From Mobula hypostoma (taxonomy: Eukaryota), in the NCBI RefSeq assembly GCF_963921235.1, contig NC_086097.1:53942001-54006000 (forward strand): a stretch of DNA of 64,000 nt. Reading direction: 5' to 3'. The notes beneath the pieces were generated by a model. The model was given only the letters and a program-made list of their open reading frames with translations. It was not told the DNA's origin and did not search any database. This document shows positions 51,371 through 63,730 of this stretch, one piece after another. Each line of letters begins with the position of its first letter. The stretch's first letter is position 1. The position numbers and the translations under genes are program-made.

Positions 51371-52478
51371 ATTAAGCCAAGGCAAACAGAGCACTACAGG
51401 GACAATGTTAAACTCCACATATATGGTATCTGGGATCATGATTGAACCCACATCCTTTGAGCTATGAAGCAGCAGCACTAATTACTGCATTGCCCATATA
51501 ATAATCCAAAGTTCAATTAGAAAATGCAGGAAGTATCTATCTGATCAAGCGGCACCTATGGAGACAGTAACAGGTTAATGTTTCAAGTCAACGATTTTCC
51601 ACTATGAGAATATTTCTATAGTATTTTTCATGATTGGAGTGTTCATAGTATTTGTATAGCACACTATGTGTTCACAGTGCACATAGGAAACTGACCCTTC
51701 ATCCTTCTATTAAAAAATATCTCAGGATTTGGCCATCACTGCCAGGTCCAGCATTTATTACCCATTCCTTATTAGACAAGTACAGCTGTGATCGTCTCTG
51801 GTCCCGTGGCCTTCACTCACGACCACTGCAGAACCTACCCAGAAACTCTTTTCTCAGGGCTCAGGTAGCTCTGTCAGCAGTGATGCTACAAAGTCACTCT
51901 GAGTGACGGGCTTCAATGCCCTTCACCCTGTGTACATTTCATCGTCTTTAACACCCTTAGTGCTGGGGTGTACAAAATGCATGGGAGACCCTGGAAAGTA
52001 CAGAGCCACAGTTGTACCTTGGTATAAATATCCAAGAATATCTGACTGGAGCAGCTCAGATCTGAGATATCTGCCCTTATTATCCAGGGCACAGAATATA
52101 AGCGTTGGGAGGTTATGGTACAACTATGTACTGTGTTCCGTTTATGTAGATGCAGAAGAGATTCATCAAGATGTTGCTTGTGATTAAGCATTAAAACTTT
52201 GAGGATAAAACGGATAGACTTGGTTTGTTTTCTTTTGAGCAGAGAAGTCTGAATTGTGACCCGATAGAGTTTCTATGTACAAAATGGTGAGAGGCAAAAG
52301 TAGTAAGAATCTTTGCTTCTCAGCAAGTTTTAAGGTAAGAGGAAGAATGACTTCACCCTAAAGATAGTTTAAACAGAACTGCCATGAATTTTTTGTATGA
52401 TTTTGCAGCCACAAGACCTGTCTTTTGTAATGAAGAATAAGCTGAGTTTTCCCATTCAGTGCTTAGTCCTCCAACATT

Positions 52479-52792
52479 CTAAAAGGCATCCGTTAGTCTT
52501 GTGAGACCCTGGATCTGAGCCTGGAAAGTCTTCACTCTCCAGGGCGTAGGCCTGGGCAAGGTTGTATGGAAGACCGGCAGTTGCCCATGCTGCAAGTCTC
52601 CCCTCTTCATGACACCAATGTTGTCCAAGGGAAGGGCATTAGGACCCATACAGCTTGGCACCAGTGTCATCGCAGAGCAATGTGTGGTTAAGTGCCTTGC
52701 TCAAAGACACAACACGTTACCTTGGCTGGGCCTCGAACTCACAACCTTCAGATCGCTAGTTGAATGCCTTAACCACTTGGCCATGTGCCCAC
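52479..52792 (-). mobile_element. tRNA-derived SINE, full length
   Basis: Perfect 12-bp TSD TCCTCCAACATT (52467-52478, 52793-52804). Same family as 25058-25356. Confidence 0.9.
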
Positions 52793-52984
52793 TCCTCCAA
52801 CATTAATCATTGGGTATGTCCTGTCCCTTTGACAGGATAGACACACATAGAGTGAATGACCATGTGGCACTCAGGAGCGAGAGAGTAGCACCAGGCAAGG
52901 AAAGTTCCCTCTGCTTCCTGAGCTCCTTCCGCATTCTGTGTGTGTTGCACAGAGGTGGTGTTCATGGGTTCAATATCAATTTAG

Positions 52985-53650
52985 ACATCAGATGGTAGAG
53001 GGGAAGAAGCTGTTCCTGAATCACTGAGTGTGTGCCTTCAGACTTCTGTACCTCCTTCCTGATGGTAAGCTTGAAGAGGGCATGTCCTGGGGGGTGGAGG
53101 TTCTTAATTATGGACGCTGCCTTCTTAAAGCACCACTCATTGAAGATGTCTTGGATACCATGGAGTAATTAACCTACTCTTAAAAATATTGGTGATATTA
53201 AAAAGGATCAAAAGGGGAAGAATTATTTTCCACAATAGAAAGCTAATATTTAGTTTGGCAGAATCACAGTCAACGTCTCCTCTGACTCAAAACTAACTTT
53301 AGATTAGCCTGTCCTTCATTCAACAACTTTCTGCACTTTCCTTTGATCTTGTGCAGTAGCCACGCCCCGCCCGCCCCCCACACCATACCAGATGGTGATG
53401 TAGTCAGTGTGAATGTCTCCACGGTACATTTGTAGAAGTTTTCAAGTGTTTTCTTTGACAAACCAAATCTTCTCAAACTCCAAATGAAATATAGTCACTG
53501 TCTTGCCTTCTTTGAAGTTGCATCATTATGTTGTATCCAGGTTAGGCCCCTCAGAGATTTTGAAACCAGGAACCTGAAATTGTTCACTCTCTCCACTTCT
53601 GATCCCTCTGTGAGGATTGGTTTCGGTTCCCTACACTCAGCTTTTCTTGT
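52985..53650 (-). mobile_element. Rex1-type fragments
   Basis: RRFGLSKKTLENFYKCTVE and 3' similarity to other copies. Confidence 0.7.
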
Positions 53651-53964
53651 TCTACCCACCCAATCAAAGGGGCTCTGTGAGGCTCTGATTTAACTTTTCA
53701 GGCCCGTAAGTAATCACTTCCCATTTCACAGCCGCTAGGTTGCAACTACAGTAGATGCAACATCCATTTTCTATCTCCCTCCTTCCCACTATCCAAACCC
53801 TAAAGATTTTTTTGCTGAGTCAGTTATTTACTTGCATTCAATTTACTATAGTAAGCTAGAGGCAATCCTTACAGGATGTAGTCCCTTTACATTGGGAAGA
53901 CCAAACGCAGACTGGGTGATTTCATTGCAGAACACTTCTCTTATCTGACCCCAGTGACCTCTCT

Positions 53965-54289
53965 GATGACGATGGCTGGTTCTTCGCTTGCAAAGATCAG
54001 GAGGGAATACCTCCATCGCTGTAGGACTTTTCTCTCTGCCTAGGTTTAAGTGAGAATTGGTGCGCACAGACGGATTCCACTCTTCAGGCCAAGGGACGTT
54101 CCACAATGGCAAAGTGAGCTGCGACAACCGCTAGGCTAAAGGTTGAGAATTGGAGTTTTCCTTCTCCTAGACCGACTGCCTGGCAGGGCTAACGAGTCCC
54201 ACCTACCCAAGTTTGGAACCAGAGCTGTCCTTCTCCTAGGCCAGCCAAGGCTAATGAGCTCAGCCTGCCCCCCAAGTTATACCGCAGGA
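53965..54289 (-). mobile_element. 325-bp non-coding retroposon, probably RTE-derived, inserted in an old PLE fragment
   Basis: Perfect 13-bp TSD CAGTGACCTCTCT (53952-53964, 54290-54302). (CAT)-like tail. Duplicated CTAGGAGAAGGA motif. Confidence 0.75.
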
Positions 54290-54485
54290 CAGTGACCTCT
54301 CTATGCTCAGCTGTATACACAAACTCTTGGAACAGTATCTTATCTTTTAATTAAAGTGATTACTACTTTCTGGATTGAATAATAAGCTCAAAAGTTACAG
54401 ATCATTAGCATGTCCGACCATCTCACCACCTTCCTTTTCAGATAAATATTCTGAACCTTTTAAATCAGAATCAGGTTTTTTATCA

Positions 54486-54679
54486 ACAAACAAGAAAAAA
54501 TCTGCAGATGCTGGAAATCCAAGCAACACATACAAAATCCTGGAGGAACTCAGGAGGCCAGGCAGCATCTATGGAAAAGAGTACAGTCGACGTTTCGGGC
54601 TGAAACTCTTCCTCAGGGCTCATTTCCATAGATGCTGCCTGTCCTGCTGAGTTCCTCAAGCATTTCGTGTGTGTGTTGC
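54486..54679. mobile_element. PLE-tail fold-back element
   Basis: TSD tcaggttttttatca (54471-54485) / tcagatttattatca (54680-54694). Inversion junction directly after the hammerhead remnant (about 54617). Confidence 0.8.
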
Positions 54680-54717
54680 TCAGATTTATTATCACTACCT
54701 TATATGAAGTGAAACTT

Positions 54718-54881
54718 AAACACGAGGAATTCTGCAGATGCTGGAAATTCAAGCAACACACATCAAAGTTGCTGGTGAACGCAGCAGGCCAGGCAGCATC
54801 TCTAGGAAGAGGTACAGTCGACGTTTTGGGCCGAGACCCTTCGTCAAGACTAACTGAAGGAAGAGCTAGTAAGAGATTACT
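54718..54881 (-). mobile_element. PLE tail, second subfamily, with hammerhead-like motif (54815-54851)
   Basis: Perfect 11-bp TSD AAGTGAAACTT (54707-54717, 54882-54892). Confidence 0.85.
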
Positions 54882-54892
54882 AAGTGAAACTT

Positions 54893-56165
54893 GTTGCTTT
54901 GTGATAGCAGTACGTTACAAAGACATAAAATTACTGTAAATAATGTATTATTTCTTAATGCATGCATTACTAAATGACAATAAAAGAGGACTACGTGTCT
55001 TCATAATCTAATTACAAAATAAATTAATAGTGCAAAAAAAGGAATAACGAGGTAGCGTTCATGGACCATTCAGAAATCTCATGGTGGTAGAAGCTGTACC
55101 TGAATTATTGAGTGTAGGTTTTCAGACTTCTGTACATCCTCCCTGATGATAACAATGAGAAGAGGGAATGTCCTGGATGCTGAGGGTCCTTTGTGATTAA
55201 TGCCTTCTTCTTGGCACATTGCTCTTGCAGATGTCCTCGATGGAGGTAGGGTTGTGTCGGTCCACAACCCTCTGCATTCTCTAGCAACTCTGTACATTGG
55301 AGTCTCCCAAGAGAATCACCAAGTATTCCATTTTACAACTACTACAGCCAAAATCTGCAACCACAAGCAGCGTAGTAAGTAACATTGTTCACACACAACT
55401 CCATCCAAGCTTGTGTCAGAATGCCCTCCACCACACATCTATAGAAATTTGCAGGGGTATGTGCTGACATACCAAATCTCCTAAAGCTCTTAATGTAGTA
55501 TAGCTGCTGGTTTTCCTTCTTTGTGATAGCATCAATACATTGTGCCCTGGATAAATCGTCTGAGATGTTGATGTCCAGGAACTTGAAGCTGCTCATACTG
55601 CTGATCTCTTAATACGGACTGGTGTGTGTTCTCCTGACTTCCCCTTCCTGAAGTCCACACTCCATTCCTTGGTCTTGCTGACGTTGAATGCAAGGTTGTT
55701 GTGATACCACTCAACCAGCTAACCCATCTCATTCCTGTAAACATCCTCACTACTATCTAATATTCTACCAACAATTGTGGTGTCATCGATAAATTTATAA
55801 ATGGATCTGAGTGGAGAGCTGCATCTAGCCACACAGTCATGAGTATAGAGAGAATAGAGCAGTGGGCTAAGCACATATCCTTGAGGTGCGCCAGTGTTGG
55901 TTGTTAGCGAGAAGCAGATGTTGTTACCATTCCATACAGACGGTGGTGTCCCACTGACCAAGGGGAGGGTCTAGGTGCAGAGGGACATACAGAGGCCCAG
56001 GTTTAGAAGCTTGATGATCAATACTGAGGGAGGGCTGGTATTGACCACCAAGCTGTAAGTGATAAACAACAGCCTGATGTATACTTTACTGCTATCTAGG
56101 TGTTCCAAAGCTGAGTGGAGAGCTAGGGTCACTCCATCCACTGCAGCCTTGTTGTGGAAGTAAAC
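54893..56165 (-). mobile_element. Decayed Rex1/Babar LINE (3' end at about 54460)
   Basis: [47 protein letters not shown]. Confidence 0.85.
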
Positions 56166-56753
56166 ATCATTTTCCAACAGAATGTAATTTATGCTTTCAG
56201 CTAATGCTTACAATTGGTTCAATATTTGGCATGAGACTGGTATGATGGTTTCTTTGAAAATGTTTCAATTGGCTAAGTAAGCAAAAGCTACCAAACTGGA
56301 AAAGTTGAAGGAACAAGAGAAGAGAAACTACTAAATATGCACATTTAGTTTCATCTCAGTTAAAATTTTATTTTGTTATTAATTTTAATAATGACAAAGG
56401 ATTCTACAGATAGGATTAGATTTATTCATCCGGGATTCTTTGGTAGATTCAGCATTACACACCCTTTGCCTCGGAGATAATAGCTTTCTCTTTCTGCTTG
56501 ACAAAATAGAGAAGTATGCTCAATTGTAAAAATCTTGATGCCATCTAGTGGCTATAAAGTATTGCCAATTTTCAATATGCAAGATCTGTTACCATTAATT
56601 AATAACTTCTGAATATGGGCCATAGTAACACAATTCAGGTGTTTGTTATCCAGCATGGTTTCCTGTAAAAAAACATTCAACAAGTTTATTTCACTCAACT
56701 TGCAATCAGAAGACACTCTCTATAGACCCTAGTACCTCTTTGTACGCAAGTTA

Positions 56754-56976
56754 CACACATAAAAGTTGCTGGTGAACGCAGCAGGCCAGGCAGCATCTCT
56801 AGGAAGAGGTGCAGTCGACGTTTCAGGCCGAGACCCTTTATCAGGAAGCCTGATGAAGGGTCTCGGCCTGAAACGTCGACTGCACCTCTTCCTAGAGATG
56901 CTGCCTGGCCTGCTGCGTTCACCAGCAACTTTCATGTGTGTTGCTTGAATTTCCAGCATCTGCAGAATTCCTGTTG
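56754..56976. mobile_element. Near-perfect fold-back PLE-tail element with two opposed hammerhead motifs
   Basis: 92-bp arms 56754-56845 and 56849-56940 with a 3-nt loop. TSD tgtacgcaagtta (56741-56753) / tgtacgtaagtta (56977-56989). Confidence 0.92.
56850..56882 (+). ncRNA. Minimal hammerhead ribozyme core
   Basis: CTGATGA AGG gtctcgg CCT GAAA CGTC gactg. Confidence 0.7.
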
Positions 56977-57622
56977 TGTACGTAAGTTAGTTGTGTTCTG
57001 GATGGTTGGCAAAGAAAGCAGTGTTCTGGTTAGTGATATGTGGCAACCAGAACCACTTAACATATGTGTGACATCCATCAGCTAAGTGACTTCAATCTCC
57101 ATGATATAACAGCACACATTTGATAAACACAGAGATTATACTTGATCAGTATATTCTACATGGGACACAAGATAAGTTTCCTTTCAAATGTCACCAAAGT
57201 AGATTGTGCAGTTTGCAGTAGCTGAACACGTGCATACAGGTCAAGATAAACCACGTCACAATATACAAATATGTATATCGAGCGTGGAATGCTTCATAAG
57301 ACTGGAATGGTTAAGATCAACAGATTTCAGCATAAGGGCTGCTCGGTTTGCAATGCACAATGTGGCCAGGAGATGAAACTTTTGGATCATAAGAACTGCA
57401 GTTCTAGGTTGTGCCAAAGCCCTTGTAGAATCAGAGAACCAGTATCACAGGAGGCTGTGTCTATGCTGGTTCTCAAACCACAGCAACCTACTGTTTCCAA
57501 CCCCAGCCCTTCCTCTGTAGCCTTGCAAACTTTTCTTATCATATATTTACCCAATACCCTCTTGAAGATAATGATTTTAAAGATAAAGATAACTTTTATT
57601 TGTCACATATACATTGAAGCAT

Positions 57623-57799
57623 GGATCAGCTGGTGGCGTAGTGGCATTAGCACTGGACTCCAAGGCAGATGGTCCTGAGTTCAAAGCCAGCCGGGGCCCA
57701 ATCTGGACAGCAGCAGTACCTGCGTGGAAGAAAGGCCTACTTCCACATCTTGAAAACTCTATGGACCATGAGGTCACAGAGCGACTGAACAACAAAACT
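57623..57799 (+). mobile_element. tRNA-derived SINE with RTE-like tail
   Basis: A box TGGCGTAGTGG, B box GAGTTCAAAGCC, tail cgactgaacaacaa. 9-bp TSD TTGAAGCAT (57614-57622, 57800-57808). Confidence 0.75.
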
Positions 57800-59411
57800 T
57801 TGAAGCATACAGTGAAATGCATCGTTTGCATCAAATCAGATCAGTGAGGATAGTGTTGGGCAGCCCTCAAATGTTGCCACGCTTCCAGCACCAACCGCAA
57901 ATCTTTGGAACGTGGGAGGAAATTGGACACCAGCTTTATACTCAGCACCTGGTGCTGTGCCAACCTGCAATGAGCACCAATGATTTATACAGGGTACAGC
58001 TGAGCCCAGGTACAAGTTTTCAGCACCGTTTCCAAAACAAGAGCAGTTAAATCCATTTTTAAGCATATTTCTGGATGTATCTGTCAAACGTAAGCAAAAT
58101 GATGAAATCACGTGAGCTCATACCTGCTGCTGGGGTTTTTTTTGGATAGGAAGGGCTCCCTTCCTGACCCCTCAGAGAAGCTCGATCCCATGCTAATGGT
58201 TAACAAGTGTCGCATCACATCCTTAACCTACAGTTTGTTATGCCAGGAAAGCAGGAAATTTGCAATAACATATTCATCCCTAGCACAACATGATTGAGTT
58301 AAATTTCTGGTCAATGGTGCACCCCCATTATCCACCCACCACAAACCAGTTCAGAATGTTGATGATAGGATACTTGACACTGGTGGCTCTGTTAAAGATC
58401 AAATGAAAGTGGGTCTGCCTTTTTGTACCAAAAGGCTTATCGTGCACAGCCCAAGACAGAATATTCTCCAGGCTCTGCTATCTCTGTTTATTTTATGGAG
58501 GGTCATGAATTGAGCTGCACAGTGTAAAATCCAAGCACGATCTTGTGACAGAGGAAGGTCATTGATGAACCAGCCAAAAATAAGCCGAGCTTGCTTTTAG
58601 GAAGTTCAACAGTAATATCCTTACGCTGTGGTGATTGACTGCCCACTATCTTTTTTCAGTCCTCCACTTTATTTTATCGCAGTTGGTGGAATTTTGGTCT
58701 TTTTTTTGTCAAATTTAGAAACTTTTACTACTCATCTGGCTTTCAGGTTTTATTGGATATGTAAAACACAATAATTGTCCTGCTATTGTCAGTCCAGTGA
58801 GATACTGGTGTACCAGGGCCTAAAGCCAATAATATGTTAATGTGAAAAATAAAACAAACTGCTGGAGGAATTCTGTGGGCCAGGCAGTATTAGTGCAAGC
58901 AGAAGAATGGTTGATGTTTCAGGTCGGGTGTCTGCATCAGCACAGAGAGTATAGAGGGAAGATAACCGGTAAGAGGGAGGGATGAGATGGGGTCTGGCAG
59001 TAGGAGGAGGAGGAGGAGGAGGAGTTGATGGGGAACAGGTGGGGAAGTGGGAGGGATGGAATTTAGAGATAATGGCAGGTGGATGACAGAGGGCATTCAC
59101 TTCTCAATCAACCACAGGTTGCCTGGCGCATTGTGATGTTGGTGAAATTCATCCCTTTGCCAAGAGGTCACTCCCAGGCTATGGGAAGTGGTTTCCAGTG
59201 TCTTGCTAGGAATCTTTTTATTGGAGGGCAGTGTGTGCAATGCAGGTAGGTTGGCAGGGGACACTTGTCTTGCAATGTTAAGTATAAGGCATAGTAGTAC
59301 AGTATTGTCTACTTAAATTATGGACAATTTAAAAACTTGAGGGCTTGTTTGAATATGCACAAGGTGTGACGCTTGTAACAGATTTTTTTTTGAATAAAGA
59401 AAGAAAGGAGA

Positions 59412-59530
59412 AAACAAACAAGAGAAAATCTACAGATGCTGGAAATCTGAGCAACACACACAAAATGCTGGGTGATCCCAGCAGGTCAGGCAGCATCTAT
59501 GGAAAAAATATATAGTCGACATTTCGGGCC
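59412..59530 (-). mobile_element. Short PLE tail truncated within the hammerhead stem II
   Basis: Shared tail ending tagtcgacatttcgggcc. Confidence 0.75.
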
Positions 59531-59559
59531 AGAGAAAACAAGTTGACCACAACTTTTGT

Positions 59560-60490
59560 TACATGGATTGGCAATTGTTTTAATATTCTCACATGTATCA
59601 AAATACAGTGGAAAACATTGTTTTGCATGCCATCTGTATAGATTAGTCCACAACCTCAGTATATTAAGGTAGCACAAACAAACAGAAAGCAGAATATAGT
59701 TAGAGTGAAAGTTCAGTTCAGGTAGACAAATAAGGTGCAATGACCACAATGAAGCAAAGTGAGAGATCAGGAGTTCATGTTTATCATACAATAAGTTCAT
59801 TTCAGAGTTTTATAACAACTGTCCTTGGCCCTGGTGGTACTTGTTTTCAAGTTTTTGTATCCTCTGTCCAGTGGAAGGTGGGGAGGGGAGAAGGGAAGAA
59901 GAAATGAATGGGTTTTGATTTTGTTGGCTGCTCTCCTGAAGGCACTGGGAAGTGTAGATAAAGTCGGTGGAAGGGAGGCTGGTTTCCATGATGAACTGAC
60001 CGGTGTCCACAGCTCTCCGATTTCAATATAAAATTGCCACACCAAGCTGTGATACATCGAGGCAGGATGCTTTCTCTGATGCATCTAAAAATTGAAGATG
60101 GTCAATGAGAACATGCTAAATTTCCTCCACCTTCTGAGGAAGCAGAGCTATTGGCATGCTTTTTTTGGCCATTTCATCTGCATGGTTGAACCAGGACAAG
60201 TTGTTCATGATGCTTACATCCAAGCTCTCAACATCATTGATACACACAAGGGCCCAGCTTCTTGTAGTCAATGACCAGTTCTTTTGTTTTGATGACATTT
60301 GAGGGAAAGCTTGCTGTCTTGATTTTATATAATTAAGCTCTCTATCTCCTTCCTGTACTCTATCTTGTCCTTGTGGAAGATCTGGCCCATTATGTTGGTA
60401 TTATCTGTAAACTTGTAGATAGAGTTAAAGCAAAATCTTCCCACACAGTCATATAGAAGGTAAGGTAATGAACTGAGCATGAGTGGATTG
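59560..60490 (-). mobile_element. Old Rex1-type fragment
   Basis: NSIYKFTDNT and EYRKEIESL remnants. Confidence 0.6.
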
Positions 60491-60829
60491 ACGCAATCAT
60501 ATGGATAGTACCCCATGAATACCTTGACCCTATGGCCCCAGGGATAATATCTCGTCCCACTGAATCCATACTGGTTCTATGTCGAGCAATCCATTCAGTA
60601 CCAGATACCTTGGCTCCCCCCCCCCCCACCCTCAGTAGTCCTTTGAACATCTTTCCTTCAATATCCAATTCTCTATTGAAGACCATGATTGACAGCATCT
60701 ATCACTCTCACAGGCAAGACTTCCAACTTACAACAATGTCTGATTAAATTTGTGCCCTTGAACCATCTTCTAATGGAAGCAGCTTCTGTTTTTGCTCCCA
60801 GCATTACAAGCCAAGGTTCCCCAGTTTGA

Positions 60830-61356
60830 TGGAGGAGCTGAAACCCTTTAACATCTGCTGGACGATGTTGAGGATGTTCTACGAGTCTGTGGTGGCCAGT
60901 GCGATCATGTTTGCTGTTGTGTGCTGGGGCAGCAGGCTGAGGGTAGCAGACACCAACAGAATCAACAAACTCATTCGTAAGGCCAGTGATGTTGTGGGGA
61001 TGGAACTGGACTCTCTGACGGTGGTGTCTGAAAAGAGGATGCTGTCCAAGTTACATGCCATCTTGGACAATGTCTCCCATCCACTACATAATGTACTGGT
61101 TGGGCACAGGAGTACATTCAGCCAGAGATTCATTCTACCGAGATGCAGCACAGAGCATCATAGGGAGTCATTCCTGCCTGTGGCCATCAAACGTTACAAC
61201 TCCTCCCCTTGCAGGGTCGGACACCCTGAGCCAATAGGCTGGTCCTGGACTTATTTCCTGGCATAATTACATACTTAATTATTTATGGTTTTATTATTAT
61301 TTATGGTGCAACTGTAACGAAAACCAATTTCCCCCGGGATCAATAAAGTATGACTA
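60830..61356 (+). mobile_element. Rex1/Babar LINE 3' end (young subfamily)
   Basis: Open C-terminal frame MFYESVVASAIMFAVVCWG...HPLH...SFLPVAIK and tail gatcaataaagtatgactat. Confidence 0.85.
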
Positions 61357-63294
61357 TTATAGAGGAGACTGAAACCCTTTGTCTCTGGAGCCATTGTCAT
61401 TTACTGGACTTTCACACCTTTACTCAAGTGCAGTGACCAGTATTTGATGCAGTGATTTCATTTATGCCAAAGCACTGCTTATAAAGATTTAACAATCCTT
61501 TTTGCACTTCTGTGTTTTGCTCATGAAGTCCAGGATCCCATATCCCTTGCTAATCATTCTTTGTCACATCCTATTATTTCAAAAAATCTGTGTATATTTA
61601 TGCCCAGATGCCCCTCTTCCTGCACACTCTTAAAAATTTGCTATTAAGTATATGTTACTTATTCTTTCTACTACAATAATATTGTCCTATATCTTCCAGT
61701 GAAAATTTCCCAAAATGACACATTTCTCATGCAGTCTTCGCAATTATATCCTGCAGTTGCATTTAGGTAAGCATCAATCAGATCTAATTATTGCCTTCTA
61801 AGAAAATCTACATTTCCCAAATCAGATCCTAAAGAATTACAAGTGATTATCAGTATTCATTAAAGGAACTTTCAAAAACAAACTCTAAAACCAGATGTTA
61901 TAACCATACAAATTTACTTTTAAGCAAAAAAAATATAATGTATCCATGGTGATGCTATTGCAGATAATGGAATTTTGCTTCAAACACAAGTTCGGCAGAA
62001 AGCCATACAGAGTTGCATCATGTCCAATGAGAAAATGAATGATGTGGTCACACCACCAACATTAAAGGCGTGAACATACTCCATTTGAAGAACAAAGTTT
62101 CAATCGCTCTTTGACGTTCAATCAACCCTCCAGAGAGCAACACGCTTATATTTTTAAGTGATACAATGTGGAAAAAAGGATACTTCAGCTTTTTGCTCAT
62201 TACTTTCTAGCGGCATTATCCTCAGACTCCCTGAAGCTCCAAGAGGCAGGAAAATTATAAGTTAATTTGTCAGTGGAAGATATATTATCCAGATTGCCTA
62301 CAAAAAGACAGTTACAGACTGACTGAAATGTTTGCAACTGCACATGGCTGCTGTTACACAGTAGATGGCCAACATACCTCAATTCCCACCCACCCTGCTC
62401 TCTACCTTTTTTAAATGGATTTGCCATGATTTCTGTACTCAGATTAATATTGATTCTGAATTAAAACAATTATAAAATAATAAAAATTAAATTATTACTA
62501 AAGTAATGCATCCATTCTGAAAAAAGTAAAATCTAGAGAACATGTTCTAAAAGTGTGAAAATGAAACTATGCAACTTGACCCATGGGCTTCTCCAAAATT
62601 TTGCTTTCGTTTCCAATTTATAACAAAATGCTGCATTTCACTGCATGTGTAAATTGCTTATTCAGAGATCCCCTCCTTGAAGATATTCTGCTTCACCATG
62701 TTCTAATTACATTTGTGTTTATTACTTACCCCATTTTCTGGCCCTTTTAATGTTTGATCTTACACTTAAGACCCATTCTCACAACTATATCTCCTTTCTA
62801 GACTTGAGCTGGAATTTCTTTCACAGATTCCTGTTTAAGTTTCATCCTTCCTGCTTCATATCCACCCACCATCACCAATAATCTCTTTATTCTAAATATT
62901 CCTCAAATCTTTGCTCTCATTCTTTCAAGAATTTTATGTCCCTCCAACTAAAATTTTCTTCATTTCTTTTTTGTTCTGTATAGGTTGCTTCTGAACCTCT
63001 TTGTCAAACCACGTTGCTCTTCCTTTCTGTCCTTGGATGGAGAGAGAACCTCCTTAACTTTACTGTAAATTTTCTTATCTATGAGCCTCCTTTTTGATTC
63101 ATCCCTTCCCATCCCTGAGATAAATAGCTTGACATCTATTAAATATCTCAGACTTCTATATTTCTTTGGCCCGGTTCAGATCTTAGAGGCATTTTTGTAA
63201 AATTATCACCCGCCAATCAAATTTCCACTTTCTACCTCAACAAGGACTTCACTTCTCTATGGTTGCTAGATCAGAACTTTTTAAATAAGTTTTT

Positions 63295-63435
63295 CCCTTC
63301 CCCCCAACCTTTTTATTCTAGCATCTTCCCTCTTCCTTCTCAGTCCTGATGAAGGGTCTCTGCCCAAAACATGGACTATTTATTCATTTCCATAGGTGCT
63401 ATCTGACCTGCTGAGTTGCTCCAGCATTGTGTTTT
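63295..63435 (+). mobile_element. PLE tail with hammerhead remnant (63341-63378)
   Basis: cagtcCTGATGAagggtctctgcccaaaacatggact. Confidence 0.75.
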
Positions 63436-63537
63436 GTTTTTACAAGTAAATCCAATTTTCCCATTTTTCTGCTCTCATGCCTTCTCCCTTACACAAGAAA
63501 TGAGGTATTTCTTCTCTGCAAAGACAGCATTGCTAGG

Positions 63538-63730
63538 ATGAGGAATTCCGCAGATGCTGGAAATTCAAGCAACACACATCAAAGTTGCTGGTGAACGCAG
63601 CAGGCCAGGCAGCATCTCTAGGAAGAGGTACAGTCGACATTTTGGGCCCAGACCCTTCGTCCCTGACAACTGTACCTCTTCCTAAAGATGCCGCCTGGCC
63701 TGCTGCGTTCACCAGCAACCTTGATGTGTG
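63538..63730. mobile_element. PLE-tail fold-back element, second subfamily
   Basis: Perfect 13-bp TSD CAGCATTGCTAGG (63525-63537, 63731-63743); inverted arms. Confidence 0.88.

Noticed and set aside
56695..56959. Identical short ORFs on both strands (MLVNAAGQAASLGRG...)
   Set aside because: A consequence of the DNA palindrome, not a protein family.
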